This document shows, one piece after another, positions 24,632-38,403 of a stretch of 64,000 nucleotides of DNA. Origin of the DNA: Adineta vaga (lineage: Eukaryota; Animalia; Rotifera). The DNA lies in assembly GCA_021613535.1 (NCBI GenBank), contig CP075497.1, positions 12,958,001 through 13,022,000 of the forward strand, written 5' to 3'. Below the pieces are notes generated by a model. The model made no database searches. It saw only the letters and a list, made by a program, of their open reading frames with translations, and was not told the origin of the DNA. Position numbers and translations under genes: made by a program. Position 1 is the first letter of the stretch. Every line of letters begins with the position of its first letter.

Positions 24632-27600
24632 ATGAATCCAAAAATGATATTTCATTGGATTTATGATCAAGGAAAGAATTACAATCTTTTCATGTTGGAA
24701 GAAAATGATTATCATGATGACGAAAATGAAGTACGTGATCCAGTAATTGATCTTAAACAACAAAAATATGCAACTTGGTTATACGTTCTTCTCCTTTTTA
24801 GTAAGTAATACAATAGTTTATCTTCTTTGTTCAATGCTCAAGTTTACCGTTGCTTTTTTAGTATCACTCTACATTTTATTCTATCTCACTTTGATGACAT
24901 CACATTCTCAAACTATTACAGTTTCTCCTATAACTTTAAATCGTTTCAAACAATTGTATTTTGATTATGCAGAAACTCTTTCTTGTCCATGTTCAACAAT
25001 CAGCGTACCACATAAGGAGTTTATATCAAATAATATCACATTTCATCCAATTTGTTCAAGTATTTTTGTTAGTAAAGAATGGATACAAGCATTATATCTA
25101 ATCAATGCAAGTGATTATGGACGTGGAGATTTTCGTGTAACAGCAAAATCTCAAGTAAGTGAATATTTTAATGTCAATAATTTTGATTTATTTTACTTTC
25201 GTATAGTTTCAACTTTTAGCTGATCTTTGTTCAATGTCTAAGGATACAGTTTCTCAAACTGAAGAAGATTTTGATAATGATGAATTCATTACTATTAATC
25301 TACTTCATCAAGAACAAGTTCAATCAGAAGTGAATGTCTCTATGAATACAATTAAAAGTAGTATATCAACACAAATGATTTCATTTCTTAATTATATCAG
25401 AGTCTATGTTCGCACAAATTTTATCGCTTCAGCTCTTAATACTAATCTAATGTTTTCAACTTACGTTCCTTACGTTCAATATCAGGTAGGTCATCATAAT
25501 CATCATCATCATCATAGTTTACACTGAATTTGAGATAAATTATAGATAACTCAATATATTATTTATCAATTACAAGCACAGTATACTCCAGATATGAGTA
25601 TTTATTCCACATCAGTAGATACGATGATGTGTGGTAGTCGAAATCCTATTACTCCTACAGGCTTCTTTCCCGAACGAAATACAACAAAAGTTTTTGAACT
25701 CGCTGGATGGGCCGATCCTGAACCAAATTCAACACTTGTCAAGGGATTTTTTACAGCATGTACATCTCTCGAAGCTCTTCTACCAAGTACACTCGACTGT
25801 TTATACAATATTAAATGTATTCATCTACTCATTAACTATTTCCCATCACTTAATCAAGTTTGTATAACTCATTATTTACTCATCATTTTCATATTCTTTT
25901 TTTCTCTCAATTCTTTAGCTCAATTTCAATTGGACTAATTCAACTTTGCCTTCAAAACAATCAAATATTACAGTTTACGATCATTTTCTTGATCTTTTCA
26001 TTGAAAATTGGTCAACAGAAGTGAATTATTCAAAATATTTCAATGAATGTGCTTCATTATCATGTTCATATATAATAACAGATCAAAGAGATTTTTCCTA
26101 TGCATTTACAATGTTCATTAGTTTATATGGTGGTCTCATTATTATACTTCGTTTGATTGCACCACTGTTAATCAAATTCTTATGGAAATTAAAACATTGT
26201 TTAATACATAGAAACGTTCACATTGGTATATGTATTAAAATTGAAAAAAGATGAGTTTATTTTAGATTTGATTTTCTATAGGTTTTCAAAATATACATCC
26301 AAAGAAATTTGTGAAATCATTGAAACGACTGAATTTATTTAAGAATATTGAAAAATTATCAGAAGAAGACATCAAACATCAACGAATGATCACTCGTGTC
26401 TATTTATTTTTATTAGCAGGTATGATTATATTGTTGTAGAATGTGAATGACGAATTATGTATATCGAAATTCATACTGCAACTTTGAAGATTTCTCAATA
26501 TTTTATTCGTTTATTATAGGTTCATTCTTAATTCTTCTTCTTTTCACTTCTCTGGAAACTGAAGTAGTTACAATAACTGAATCAAATCCATCATTAACTA
26601 CTTACAATTATTTACAAAAGTCATATTCAAACACACTTCGTTGTCCTTGTTCTATTACAACAATACCTCATGAAGAACTCCTAACATTATCACCAACTTT
26701 GCATCAAATATGTTCAAGTGATTTTATAACAGATCAATGGCTTATAATATTACAACAAGCGATTGATTATAATGCTGAAGATTGGCGAAATCGAGCGTAT
26801 TCACAATTTCAACTGTTATCAAATCTTTGTAAATTGGCTAAAAATACAATTGACAATGCTGTTCAACGTTTTCTTTTTCAATCTTTATTTGTTTCAAGTA
26901 TTCTATCACAATCTGAATTTAATACACAAATCAATACTACACTTGATCAATTTTTTCAATCTACAATTCGTTCTTTTGGTTCTCTTATTAATATAACAAG
27001 TCTTCTTACACAAGTTGATCAATTCTATATGGGAGCAAGAAAAACAGAATGGGATACTATACAAGATAATTTTTTAATACCAAATATTCCAACAAATAAT
27101 CAATCACTTCAAGTATATTTCTTTTCTCTCATATATAAATATAATGATGATCTAACTTTTTAGATAATTTTTAATTCATTTGGAACTCGTTATGTGAATT
27201 TATCATCAGTCAATTGTATTTGTGCTACCAATTCAGCTTGTCAAACTCCAGTTGCTATCTATGAAATGGATAATATTTGGAATACTCGCATATATGCATA
27301 CATCATTTACATTGTGCCAGGTGCCATTGGAAGTTGTTCAACATTTAGTTCTCTTATGTTTTCACAACTATTGTGTTTTTATTCAAATATTGATTGTTTT
27401 CCAATTCTAATGAACTATGTAAAAGCTAGTTATTATCAAAATGTTGAAAATCCAGTTTGGTTCGATCCACGTCCTCTTGTTTATAATGCAAAATTAAGTC
27501 GTTTTCCTCCAAATACATCAGTTTCAAGAATAGTCGAACAAATTATGATTGAACAATGGAATCCATCCTATTCATATGAACGTTTTTATGATTTATGTGC

Positions 27601-30600
27601 ACCAAACTATTGTACATATTCTGAAAAGATGCGTGCACGATCAATTATTGAAGTTATTATAACATTTATATCAATGATTGGTGGTTTAGCTTTTGCTCTA
27701 ATTTTAATCACACCACTATTCATTACATTTATTAGTAGTTTCTTACAAATATGTATTAAGAGACGACAACAACAATTAGGTACGTTATTACTTATCTTAT
27801 GTAGAATAAATTAATAACTTATCATTTCTTTTCCTTTTTGTTGCATTTACAGTTCATCAAGGCAACGTCAATCAGTGGAAGACAACTGCTCAAAATTTCA
27901 TCTCAATGGGTTATATCACTTTAATCAACGTAAATATATTTTCAACACGTGATTTTGGAAGTAATATCAATCGAAATACTGCTAAACATCTTGGTACATG
28001 GGCAACACGTCTTCATATTATTCTATTTATTACTGGTCTTATTGTTCTTACTTTTTACACCATATTTGTACCTCAAACTAACACAAAAACATTCAATAAA
28101 CCATCATACAATTTATATAATTCACTCAAACAAGAATATGGAGATCAATTGAAATGTTCATGTTCAGTAATTGCATCAAAATATAATCAATTCACTCAAA
28201 TTGAACCAATATTTCATCAAATTTGTACAAGTTCATTTATATCAGATCAATGGCGAACTGATGTTACAAGTCGTCTCGATGGTAATCTTTCAAGTTATGG
28301 TCAAAGAGATTATCGTCGTTTTCTTTCGGCTCATTTACAATATCTTCAAGGATTATGTCAAATTTCTATTCAATCTATTGACAATTCAATTGAACAATTT
28401 CTTACTTCATTATTTGTCACAACTGAATTGTTGTCAAATGATGATTTTCAAACACGTCTCAATTTCTTAATTCAACAGAAGAAATCAGCTGCATCAATTG
28501 CATTTACTCATCCTTTCTTTTTAATGCGAAGTATCAATCATGAAAATGCTTATATATCAACATATGGAACAAATTATGAATATATTTCTTCTTGGTTTTG
28601 GACTACAACTTATTTTCCTTATGTTCCTAACAAAGCAGTTATCTATGACAATAATTGTTCATGTGGAATGTATTCAAATTGTATTACTCAAGCTAATTTC
28701 ATTGAACAAAATGCTTCTATAATGGTTGAAGTAAAAGGTTTGAAAATGGGTTGTACACCAAGTGAATCTTTGCGTTTATCGACTCTCGAATGTTTTTATG
28801 ATCAATCATGTATTAATTTGATCAAATTATATTCGAATTCAATCAATTCATATAACTTCTCCATTCCGCTTTCAATAACAATGAGTCGATATTCAATGAA
28901 TACTATTGTAGCTGAACTTATGAATGAACTATTTGTTGAACAATGGGTATCATCAATTAATTATTCATCATATTATGAACAATGCTTACCATTGTCATGC
29001 ACTTATACTTACAATGAACAATTCAATATACTTTATTTAGTAACAGTGTTAATTGGTCTTCAAGGTGGTTTGACAATTGTTCTTCGATGGATTTGTCCAA
29101 AATTAGTTCGAATCATAGCAAAATTACATGAAACTCGAAAGAAACGAACGAATAATGTTCAACCTAATTCATTTGTTCAATCGAAAAATGCTCAAATCAG
29201 TAGCATTAGAATTAATAACTCTGATTATAATATGGCAACAGTACCGAATGTTACATCCGAGTACGATTTGATTTTCTTTTATGAGTAATATGTGATTATT
29301 GTTGTTTTAGACGAGTAACAGAATTATTAGGTCAACGACGTTTGAAAATTGTTTTCATATGTTTAGTATTGTTAATGATTGTAACAGGCCTTATTGTGTT
29401 TTCAATTTATACGATTCAACAAAGAAAGAATAATGCTATTTCAACAAGTATAAGATATTTTTCTTGTCAATATTTTCAAATACTAAATTCAATCTTTTGT
29501 TTTTAGCATTTACATCAACTATGACAGTCAATGTTACAACAACTACAATAATTATGAGTACAACAACAGCAATTACTACAACAACAGCACACGGTAAATA
29601 TATGAAATTCGTAGAGAATGTTTTCTTAAGATAGATAATAAATACAATTTTCATTTATTTAGTATCCATTTGTCAGTTGAAATTTCAATTAACAATCAAT
29701 TATAGAACTGGTTCTACTGCTGGTCTCAAGTCACCTGTCACTGCTGATTTCAATGGTGATCATTTAATAGACATTGCATTCTTTAATTATTATACAAGTA
29801 GTATTCATGTTCTGATTGGTGATGGAAAAGGAAATTATACTACAGAAGTGAAAACATTAATAGGAACATTTATTACTTGGTATTTTAGTATGGTTGTTGC
29901 TGATTTTAATAATGACAAATTACTTGATATTGCATTAACTAGTGAGAATAGAGCGTTTATCTACATGGTATTTGGAAATGGGAATGGAACATTCAGATCA
30001 TTAACAACATTCTATATGGGAAATACTACAAATCTTAGAGGAATTGTTGCTTATGACTTTAATGGTGATAATAATACAGATATTGCTGTTTCTTCTCCTG
30101 GTTTTAATATTATCATTGTATTATTGGGTGATGGAAATGGAGCGTTTCCTAACAAAACAACATATTATGCTGGACGAAATGCTAATCCATCATCAGTTGA
30201 TCTGGGAGATTTTAATAATGATGGTTTTATGGACATTTATTACAATAATATTGTGATCAGAGGTATCGGTGTTTTATTGGGTAGGGGTGATGGAACCTTT
30301 CAAGATCAAAAACTATCGTTCGCTGGTGGTTATTATCAACCATCTTATATTGCTACAGGTGATTTTAATGGAGATCAACGAGCAGATGTTGCAGTTTCTT
30401 ATAGTGGTGGGAACAGAATCGGAGTGCTTCTAGGCTATGGTAATGGAACTATGGGCCCAGTACAAAAATTTACCACTGGAAATAAAACATATTATACGAG
30501 AATTACTGCAAGTGATTTTAATAATGATGGAATTACAGATATTGTTGTCAATCCTACTTCAAGATCTGTTGTATATGTTTTAGTGAGCTATGGTAATGGA

Positions 30601-30765
30601 AAGTTTGATACACAGATGATATTTTCTACTGGATTAAGTGGAAGTTACAGTTGGGTGGTTCCTGCTGACTTTAATAACGATGGTTGCCAAGATATACTTG
30701 CTACAGATGATCAGAGTGGTGCCGTATTTGTTCTACTAAACACTTGTCAGTGTCAAACAAATTGA
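24632..30765 (+). CDS. ~1813 aa membrane protein: three 2-TM Cys-rich modules + 7th TM + Thr stalk + FG-GAP/VCBS beta-propeller
   Basis: 12 exons splice in frame with GT-AG: 24632-24800, 24862-25154, 25207-25485, 25546-25857, 25919-26225, 26282-26419, 26520-27112, 27164-27779, 27853-29260, 29311-29447, 29507-29593, 29663-30765. Seven DFN.D...D repeats at the C-terminus. Confidence 0.85.
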
Positions 30766-31118
30766 GTCACTGCAAGGAATACATAATATATATTGAAAAC
30801 AGGTTTCAACTAGACAAACAAATCATGTGATTATTCTAATAGATTTTAATCATTCTTGATGTTTTTACGTATGTTGTAGTAAATCTTCACGCTTTTTTGT
30901 GTAATGCTTCATTTGATATTGTATTAATATTTTTTATATCACTTTCTCTGCTTTATGAATCTTCAAATAAAATATTAAATTAAAGTCAATATCGTTTAGA
31001 GTTCATGAACAAAGATTTAATCTTTATTTCATTTAAGCATTTAACTTATGTGAGGTCGGAAATAAGGAAGATATGTCAAGTAAACAAATCCGACCAATTT
31101 GCAATACTTTTATTCCTC

Positions 31119-31240
31119 GGGTGGGTGATTGTGGGTGTGGGTGTTTGTGAATCTTCTTTACTCTGCACTCATTCATCCACCTTGGGAAAGGTGAATGTGA
31201 ATGTTTTTTTTTCCTCTTACCGTCACACTTACCCACAACC
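31119..31240. repeat. Telomere-like inverted-repeat hairpins (two adjacent)
   Basis: GGTGGGTGATTGTGGGTGTGGGTG...CACTCATTCATCCACC and GGTGAATGTG...CACACTTACCCAC. Confidence 0.6.
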
Positions 31241-31675
31241 ATATCAGACCCTTTAGACAATTTTTTCTGTTCGAGGAAAATCGATACCTGTGATAACTTG
31301 AGCCAAGTAAATTAATTTCACAAACATGATGTATCGGTTCTTAAATCGGCAAGCGTCGTCTCTGTGTCAATATCGATGCACGCCTAGTTGGATTTTCCGC
31401 GAAATTTCATAAATCATGAAATAACTGTGCTCAAGGATATTTTCGTGATGAGTGACGTGATAAACAAATATCTCGTTTTACTTTATAACAGTTATCTTTT
31501 CAAAGAATCCTGACTTTTTTGTTGCGAAGTAAATGGAGTTGTCATTGTGAGTTATCATTGTATACACAACTTTATATGCCTATGAATGTTGATATTATTT
31601 GATAAGAACACAAAATTTATCACAACAATATAAAAGAAAAGTATTAAATAAAAGACATATCAGTTCTTTGTTAAG

Positions 31676-32604
31676 ATGCATCCACAACAGTATCCACAGC
31701 AGCCTTATGCATCCGAGCCTTACGATCATAGATCGTATCCACAGAAGCCGTACCCACAGCAACCTTACGCACAAGCGTCCTACCCTCAACATGGTACGCC
31801 TTATCAATTACAATTAGTAGCAACACGACCAAGAGCGGTGAACGACATTCTTCCTGGTTTTGTTCCTGGTCTATTGGGCGGTTTGCAATTGGTGCTCTGG
31901 CTGGCTATAGTGGGTCTCGAAGCAGGAGGTTTATACTACGATCCATTGCGCGGTACCGCCTATGCAGGTTTCTGGTGCTCTATTATATTCTTTGACACTT
32001 GGATATCAATGTTCTGCTACCGTGAGTATTTCTTAGTTAATTCGAAATACATATCTCATTTCTGTTTCATGTATTAGTATGTTGCGGTAAGTCAAATGGA
32101 TGTGCAATCTATCTCCTTGTTCAAAATATAATTAATATGATTTGTTCTGTTATACTGATGGCGTTTACTGCTTATTTCGTCCAGAATCCTTGTTCATGTT
32201 ACTTTAGTACTCTCTGTGTAACAATCGATTGGATCAGCGTGACCACCGATATTCTCGGTTTTGGTGGATGCGCATCGAAGCTACCATTACTCAAGGGTCT
32301 TCTTGCCTGTGCTATAATAATGTTTCTCTCTAGTATCGCTTACATCATTGCCTATATTGGTATCAGTATTTGGCTATGTGCGAAAAGGAAGTCAAGCGTT
32401 GCAAACACAGAAGTAAAGTTTCAAGGACATTCACAGGTGGTTCAAATAGGACAACCACAACCATATGTTCCAATTCATGGCCAACAATATGGAGATCAAA
32501 TGAAAGATTATCATGATAGATCGAATCCTGATAATCGTTTCTCATCACCGACACCTCATATTGGGCAATATCCAGTTGACCAGGCGAACGATGGACGCTT
32601 TTAA
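31676..32604 (+). CDS. Tetraspan membrane protein (MS4A/CD20-like) with PQQPY-repeat N-terminus, 2 exons
   Basis: Intron 32022-32077 in frame. LGGLQ in TM1, YAGFWCSIIF in TM2, four TMs, Cys-rich loop. Confidence 0.75.
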
Positions 32605-32747
32605 CGTACAAATTTTTGAACTGAAACATATATTTGAATTACGAAAAGTGGTTTTTTTATAATTCGTATCATACTATATCGATGAATAAAAACATAAAAA
32701 GAAATGCTTTACCTTTAAAGTGTGTGTATGTATGTATGTTTAGAAAC

Positions 32748-32795
32748 TGGGTGTGGGTGTGGTTTTGCATATATAGAAGAGAGATCCACATCCGC
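32748..32795. repeat. Telomere-like inverted-repeat hairpin element
   Basis: TGTGGGTGTGG...CCACATCCGCA pairs fully if G-T is allowed; lies between convergent genes. Confidence 0.65.
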
Positions 32796-32871
32796 AATAA
32801 TTTTTCCGAGCAAAGTTATGATAAGCAAAATAAAGAGTGACAATATCAAAAACTTACGAAAGTATGAATGC

Positions 32872-35800
32872 TTACGAATCGGTCAATGGTACCACATGTC
32901 GTCGACGAAATGATCGAAGTATTCTAATGAACATAGATACCACTATTTTCAAAATACTTGTAAGGCCTCCAAAGGCTCCAACAACAATTTTAAATACTAC
33001 GAGCCAATCATTCTTACCGATATATGTGTAAGTGCATGTCATAGGATAACATTCTTGATAATAGTTTTCGTGAGATGTGATTTTTATCCATTGATCGACC
33101 ATAAGTTGAGATATAATATGTATGAGAGTAGTGTCTGGTTTGTATTGAATCTATCTATTTCGATCGAGTGCAACAGTATTTAGAGGAGTAGATAAATTCA
33201 TAATACGACGAAGATCATCAATGCATGATTGATTATAGAAGCAAACAAGATTTGATTGAAGAAGAGCTTCGACAATAAAGCAACCTTTTAGAATGCCTGG
33301 TACAGTAAATAATTTTTCCGTGATGTGGTGAGTATTATATTTTTCTTTATCGTAAATACTGGATTCTTCTACGCACAAAGGTGTTTTTTTACAAGAACAA
33401 CTTGATTGTGATGAGTCATCGGTAATATTTCGAAATTGAAATTTTAAAAACATATTATGTTCATTTGTAGAATCCAAGGACGGTAATAAATTAGTCCTAC
33501 GACTTGAAAATAGAATATTGCTTTGAATGATATCACGCATTATTTGCATTGAACGTAAGACACTATTTGTCATCGAAGTGATAAAAGATTCTATCAAATT
33601 TTGAGATTGTTTTTTGAACAAGTCTAGTGTCAATACATGACTTGTAACGAAAGGTCTACTATTGAAACGAACTAATTCATCATTAATTATTGTATGTGAT
33701 AAATTACAAAAGAATCCTAAGGCTCGAAACCAACTGACTCCTCTTACGCGAAAATCTTCACTATTGATACTTGTCGTTTCTGGTACGCTTTGTACCATGA
33801 ACCAAAACCAATCATATGTAACATACACACTTTGACATATTTCATGAAAACGATCCACTTTCAATTCAATGAATTTATCGTAACGATTAGAAATATTTGT
33901 GCATGGACATGAAAGTGTTTGATGAAATTGAAAATCTAATTGTAAGTATTTCTCATATGAAGGTTTTTCTATATGAATTATTTTTAAAATGGATATTTGT
34001 GATGTGTATATAAAGAATCCACATAATGATATAAGAAGAAGAATAATGTAGACTCGTGTTGCGATAATATTAGTTCGAATTCGATATATATTATCCTCGT
34101 TTGATTGTGCTGTTGAATAAAATATAGTAAATTTTCGTGACCATTCTTTTGCATTATTCCATAATTGATGAATTTTTTCCATATGCGATAGATCTGATGA
34201 AAAGAAGAAAAATCAAATCAACATAGTTTAGGTCAAAAGTATCATGTAAATATATAAGTGCTCTCATATCAAGTGGACATAAGTGAAAACGCTGTTGCAT
34301 TTTAGGATTTTAGTGAAAAATCAAACTATTACCTTCATTGATTCTTTGCTCTTGAATCTGGAATCGTCTTCGCAGTCTTGTAATGATTAGAGGAATTAAA
34401 AACTTGAGGATTATTGTTAATCCACCAACTAGTCCTATGAAACCAGTGATAATATCAAAGATACTATATTGATCCTCATAGAAAAAGTTACACAATGAAG
34501 GTTTACATTGATTATAAAAACTTTCATGTGATGATGTATATGTCCAATTCTCGATCATCATTTGATTAAAAATATTACTAATGGAAGAAGTAACATTAAA
34601 TTGACTATCCAAATTTGAATTGAGTGATGTGACATTAAATAACATCGTCGATTTAAGACGACGATGAACATCATCAATGCAACTTTGATTATAATAACAT
34701 TGTAGTGTCGATTGAAGTGTAGCCTCACTCATATAGCATCCCACGCGAAGTCCAGGAATATGATATTGTAATGATCCTAGATATTCTTGTGACGAAATAG
34801 AACATGCAGTTGTGAACTGACATGAACAACGTCGTCCGCCATATAGATGAATCAGTGTACGTAACCTCAAAGTTGCATTGACACTACTTACATCAAAACT
34901 CGACTCGGAAAGTGTAGCACTAAATAATGCATTACTGTAAATCATCTGATTTATCATAAATAAAGTTCGAATAAAATTCCTCGTGGTTGAAATAATGAAA
35001 AGATTAATCAATGATCGAGTTTGTTCGTTGAAAAAGTCTATATGAAGAACTTTATTGGCAATAAATTGTGTAGCACTAAATCTAGCACGATCAGTAATCA
35101 CACTTGAGTTAGCTGAACGACACCAAGTTGCAATGAACCGAAAAAGTGATTCTCCTGTTAGTTGAGGAACACTTAGAGAAGTTTTGATGAGATATAAAAA
35201 GTAAGTATCTGTTACAAAATCACTTTCACACACTTGATGAAAACGTATTGAAACATTCATAAATCGATCATATCGAATACCAACATTCTCACATAAACAT
35301 ATTAACGATTGTGGATAATTTTTGTAAAGTTCTGTATATTCAATGTATGTAGGTGATTGAATATCGACTACTTTTAAAATGGATGCTTGTGAAGTATAAA
35401 TAACATATATAATAAATGAAATAACAAGAGCAACAATATACACACGAGTCGAAATGATTTCTGTTCGTTCTTGAAATTCATCGACTGGTTGATCAGAACT
35501 TAGCAAATTTAGTGTACGAAATAATTCTTTGATTTTTCTCCATAAATTATGAATACGATTTCTGAGTAACATATCTAATATATCAAATAAAAATAAATTA
35601 GATTACATCATATTTTCCTTCGAATCAATATCTAATAGAAATTTAGCTTATAGAGATAATAAAGAACTCACGTGGTCGATTGATTTGTTGTTCAGGAGTC
35701 TTTGGTCGACGAATTGAACGAATGAAATCAATAATTCGATATACAATGATTTCTAAAATAATCGAAAGTCCCTTGATAATACCAATAATAATTATAATTA

Positions 35801-36959
35801 TTGCAAGCCAACTATTTTTGTCAGCATACGTATAAGTACATATAATGGGATGACATTGATTATAATAGTTTATGTATAATGTTCGATTTGTTAATTGTTC
35901 AATCATAAGCTGTGAAACAATATGAATAAGAGTTGTATTCGGTGCATATTGACTAGATACATCTGTAGTAAGTGCTTTAGCATTCATGATCAAAGACGAA
36001 TTGATAGCATAATGAAGATAATCAATACAGGCTTGATTATAAAAACAAGCCAGATTTGATTGAAGAAGAGCTTCAACAATAAAGCAACCTCCCAGAATAC
36101 CTGGTATATTAAATAAACCCTCATCATCGAGGTAGGTTTTTTGGGTGCAAAGAGTCGTTGTAGAACATGAACATTTAATTGACTCAGAAAAATAATTTTT
36201 CCAATTAATATTCACTTTATATTCTGTTTGATTGTGTGAGTTAACTAGTTTGTGTACTGTAAATGCATACATAGTCGACAAACCTGTTGCAAGTCCATTA
36301 GCATATGTAACATTATGAATTGTTTGAAGTGATTGAACAAATGATGTAGTTATACTATGTAAAAACGATCGAATTGCTTCATTACTCTCTTGTAAAATGA
36401 TATCATTTGATAGAAGTTTACCAGTAATTAATTGATTAGCATAGAAATCAGTTAGACCATCCATGAATATCTTTTTTGTTAAATTACAAAACATAGCAAG
36501 AGCTTGAAAAGAATGAGAACCTGTAGGTAAAGAATAGAATACGGGTTTCTTTATACGAGTTGCTGAATCAATATAATCTTGCCAAGCTAATGTTACAAAT
36601 ATACTATCACATATTGAATGAAATGAAACATTAATATAAATAAATTGATTAAAATAAACAGAAAGAGTCGTACATGGACAAGATAATGTTTTTGAATAAA
36701 TTTTATATAAATTTAAATATTGATCATATGTTGGATGTTCAATATCGATAGACTTGTTGATTTCTACTTGGGATAAATAAATCGTATAGATAATAATAGA
36801 TGTAATGAGCAAAATAATATATACACGAGTTGAAAGAATTTGTGTATAAATATCATATGGATTTGTTAATGGATTTCGTACAGAATGAAATAAATTAAAA
36901 TTTATTACCAATTTTTTGCATTGATTATACAATGCAAGAAGACGCTGTTTAAACGGCAT
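32872..36959 (-). CDS. ~1280 aa protein of three tandem 2-TM Cys-rich modules, one exon per module; in-frame TAG in module 3
   Basis: Exons 36959-35672, 35574-34333, 34193-32872 joined by phase-1 introns. TAG at 33151-33153 with homologous sequence continuing in frame (R*IQYKPDTTLIHIISQLM). Confidence 0.8.
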
Positions 36960-37247
36960 TTGAATCTTATATCAAAATTTCACTGATTTTATATATAAAT
37001 AATTAATAGAGAGAACTTATAACTAAAAATCTTGCAGATAGAAGAAGGAAAATTTGTTCTCTTTACTATTTGAGATAAGGACGAAACATGTAGAAAGTCA
37101 GATGTAAAAATAGTTTAGCATCTGTAAAAATTTTGTTGTGCTTTTATTCATTTCCGAACAAATCATTTTTGTTTTATGAGGAACCAACAATAATTCTGAT
37201 ACATGTATTTTGCATTCAACATAGAAGAGAGAAAGAGAAAAGGTAAT

Positions 37248-38403
37248 ATGTTGAAAATTTAGCTATAATATTCATTCTTTTTTATCAAGCCATTTTCTCT
37301 TATATATATAATCTATCAGGGTGATTATTACTTTTCTGTTGTATTCAGAAATTATCATATTAGTGGACATGTTTTGCATAGTATATATCTAACAGTTTTT
37401 ATCTAGATAACTATATGACTTTATTCAACCATTAGACTCGTATAACATAAATGACGGGTATACCACTGTACTAAACATATTCATCTTAATGTGGATTATG
37501 CACAATCAAACTAATATTTCCCTTAGTTCACGTTGTGATTTTGGATTCTTGATTTGAACCTTTTGTTTGATAATGTTCTAGATTAGTTCTACAGCATTAA
37601 AGTCAGGACTATAACCTGGCCATTGATATAACTCAATATGATGTTGATTACATCATCGGTTAAATCGAGCACTTCTCTACTATTTAACCCCATCACAAAC
37701 ATATAAAAATCGATTTAATTTTCGTCATTTTTCCAATATAATGCTTCGTTAACTATATTGCAATATGAATCACTGTTTAACCAATTCTCAAATCGATGAA
37801 AGCCATAATATGACAATAATTAATAAAATAAACAAAAAAATAAATATATTTGTCATTCGCATCACAGATTTCTCTGATTCTCAATGTGAAATATATAAAG
37901 ATGAGATAAGAATTACAGTTACATTATTGAAAGTACATGTAAATAAGAATTATCTCTCGAGATACAATCATGCTGTTGAAACAATGTAATCATTTCGAAC
38001 AAAATAGTCAAAATCTCAAAAGAAATATTCGTGGTGATGATTTTATCAATTATGAATTTGCACCCTGGTCGAACCAATGGCAATTTGCTTTACATCAGAA
38101 ATTATACCTGTACGTGAAAGTGCTCTAACTCTAGCAAATGAATATTACAAAATATCGGTTCATGGAAATATACAAAATCAATTTCTTCTCGGATTAATAC
38201 AAAATAATTCAGCACTCATTGCTCAACTACAATCAGAATATAATAATTCGGTAGAAATTGAATTGATGTTCTACATACCTACATATTATAATTATACAAA
38301 ATATATCGCTAAAACTTTAGGATACTTTTCTATTTTAATGCTATTTGTAATAGCTATTTTCTGTGTTGTTACAAAAATAAATGATTCTTCAGATTATTCA
38401 TAG
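37248..38403 (+). pseudogene. Degraded membrane-protein gene
   Basis: Coding-like fragments with stops, ending in ORF 38077-38403 with a C-terminal TM. Confidence 0.3.
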
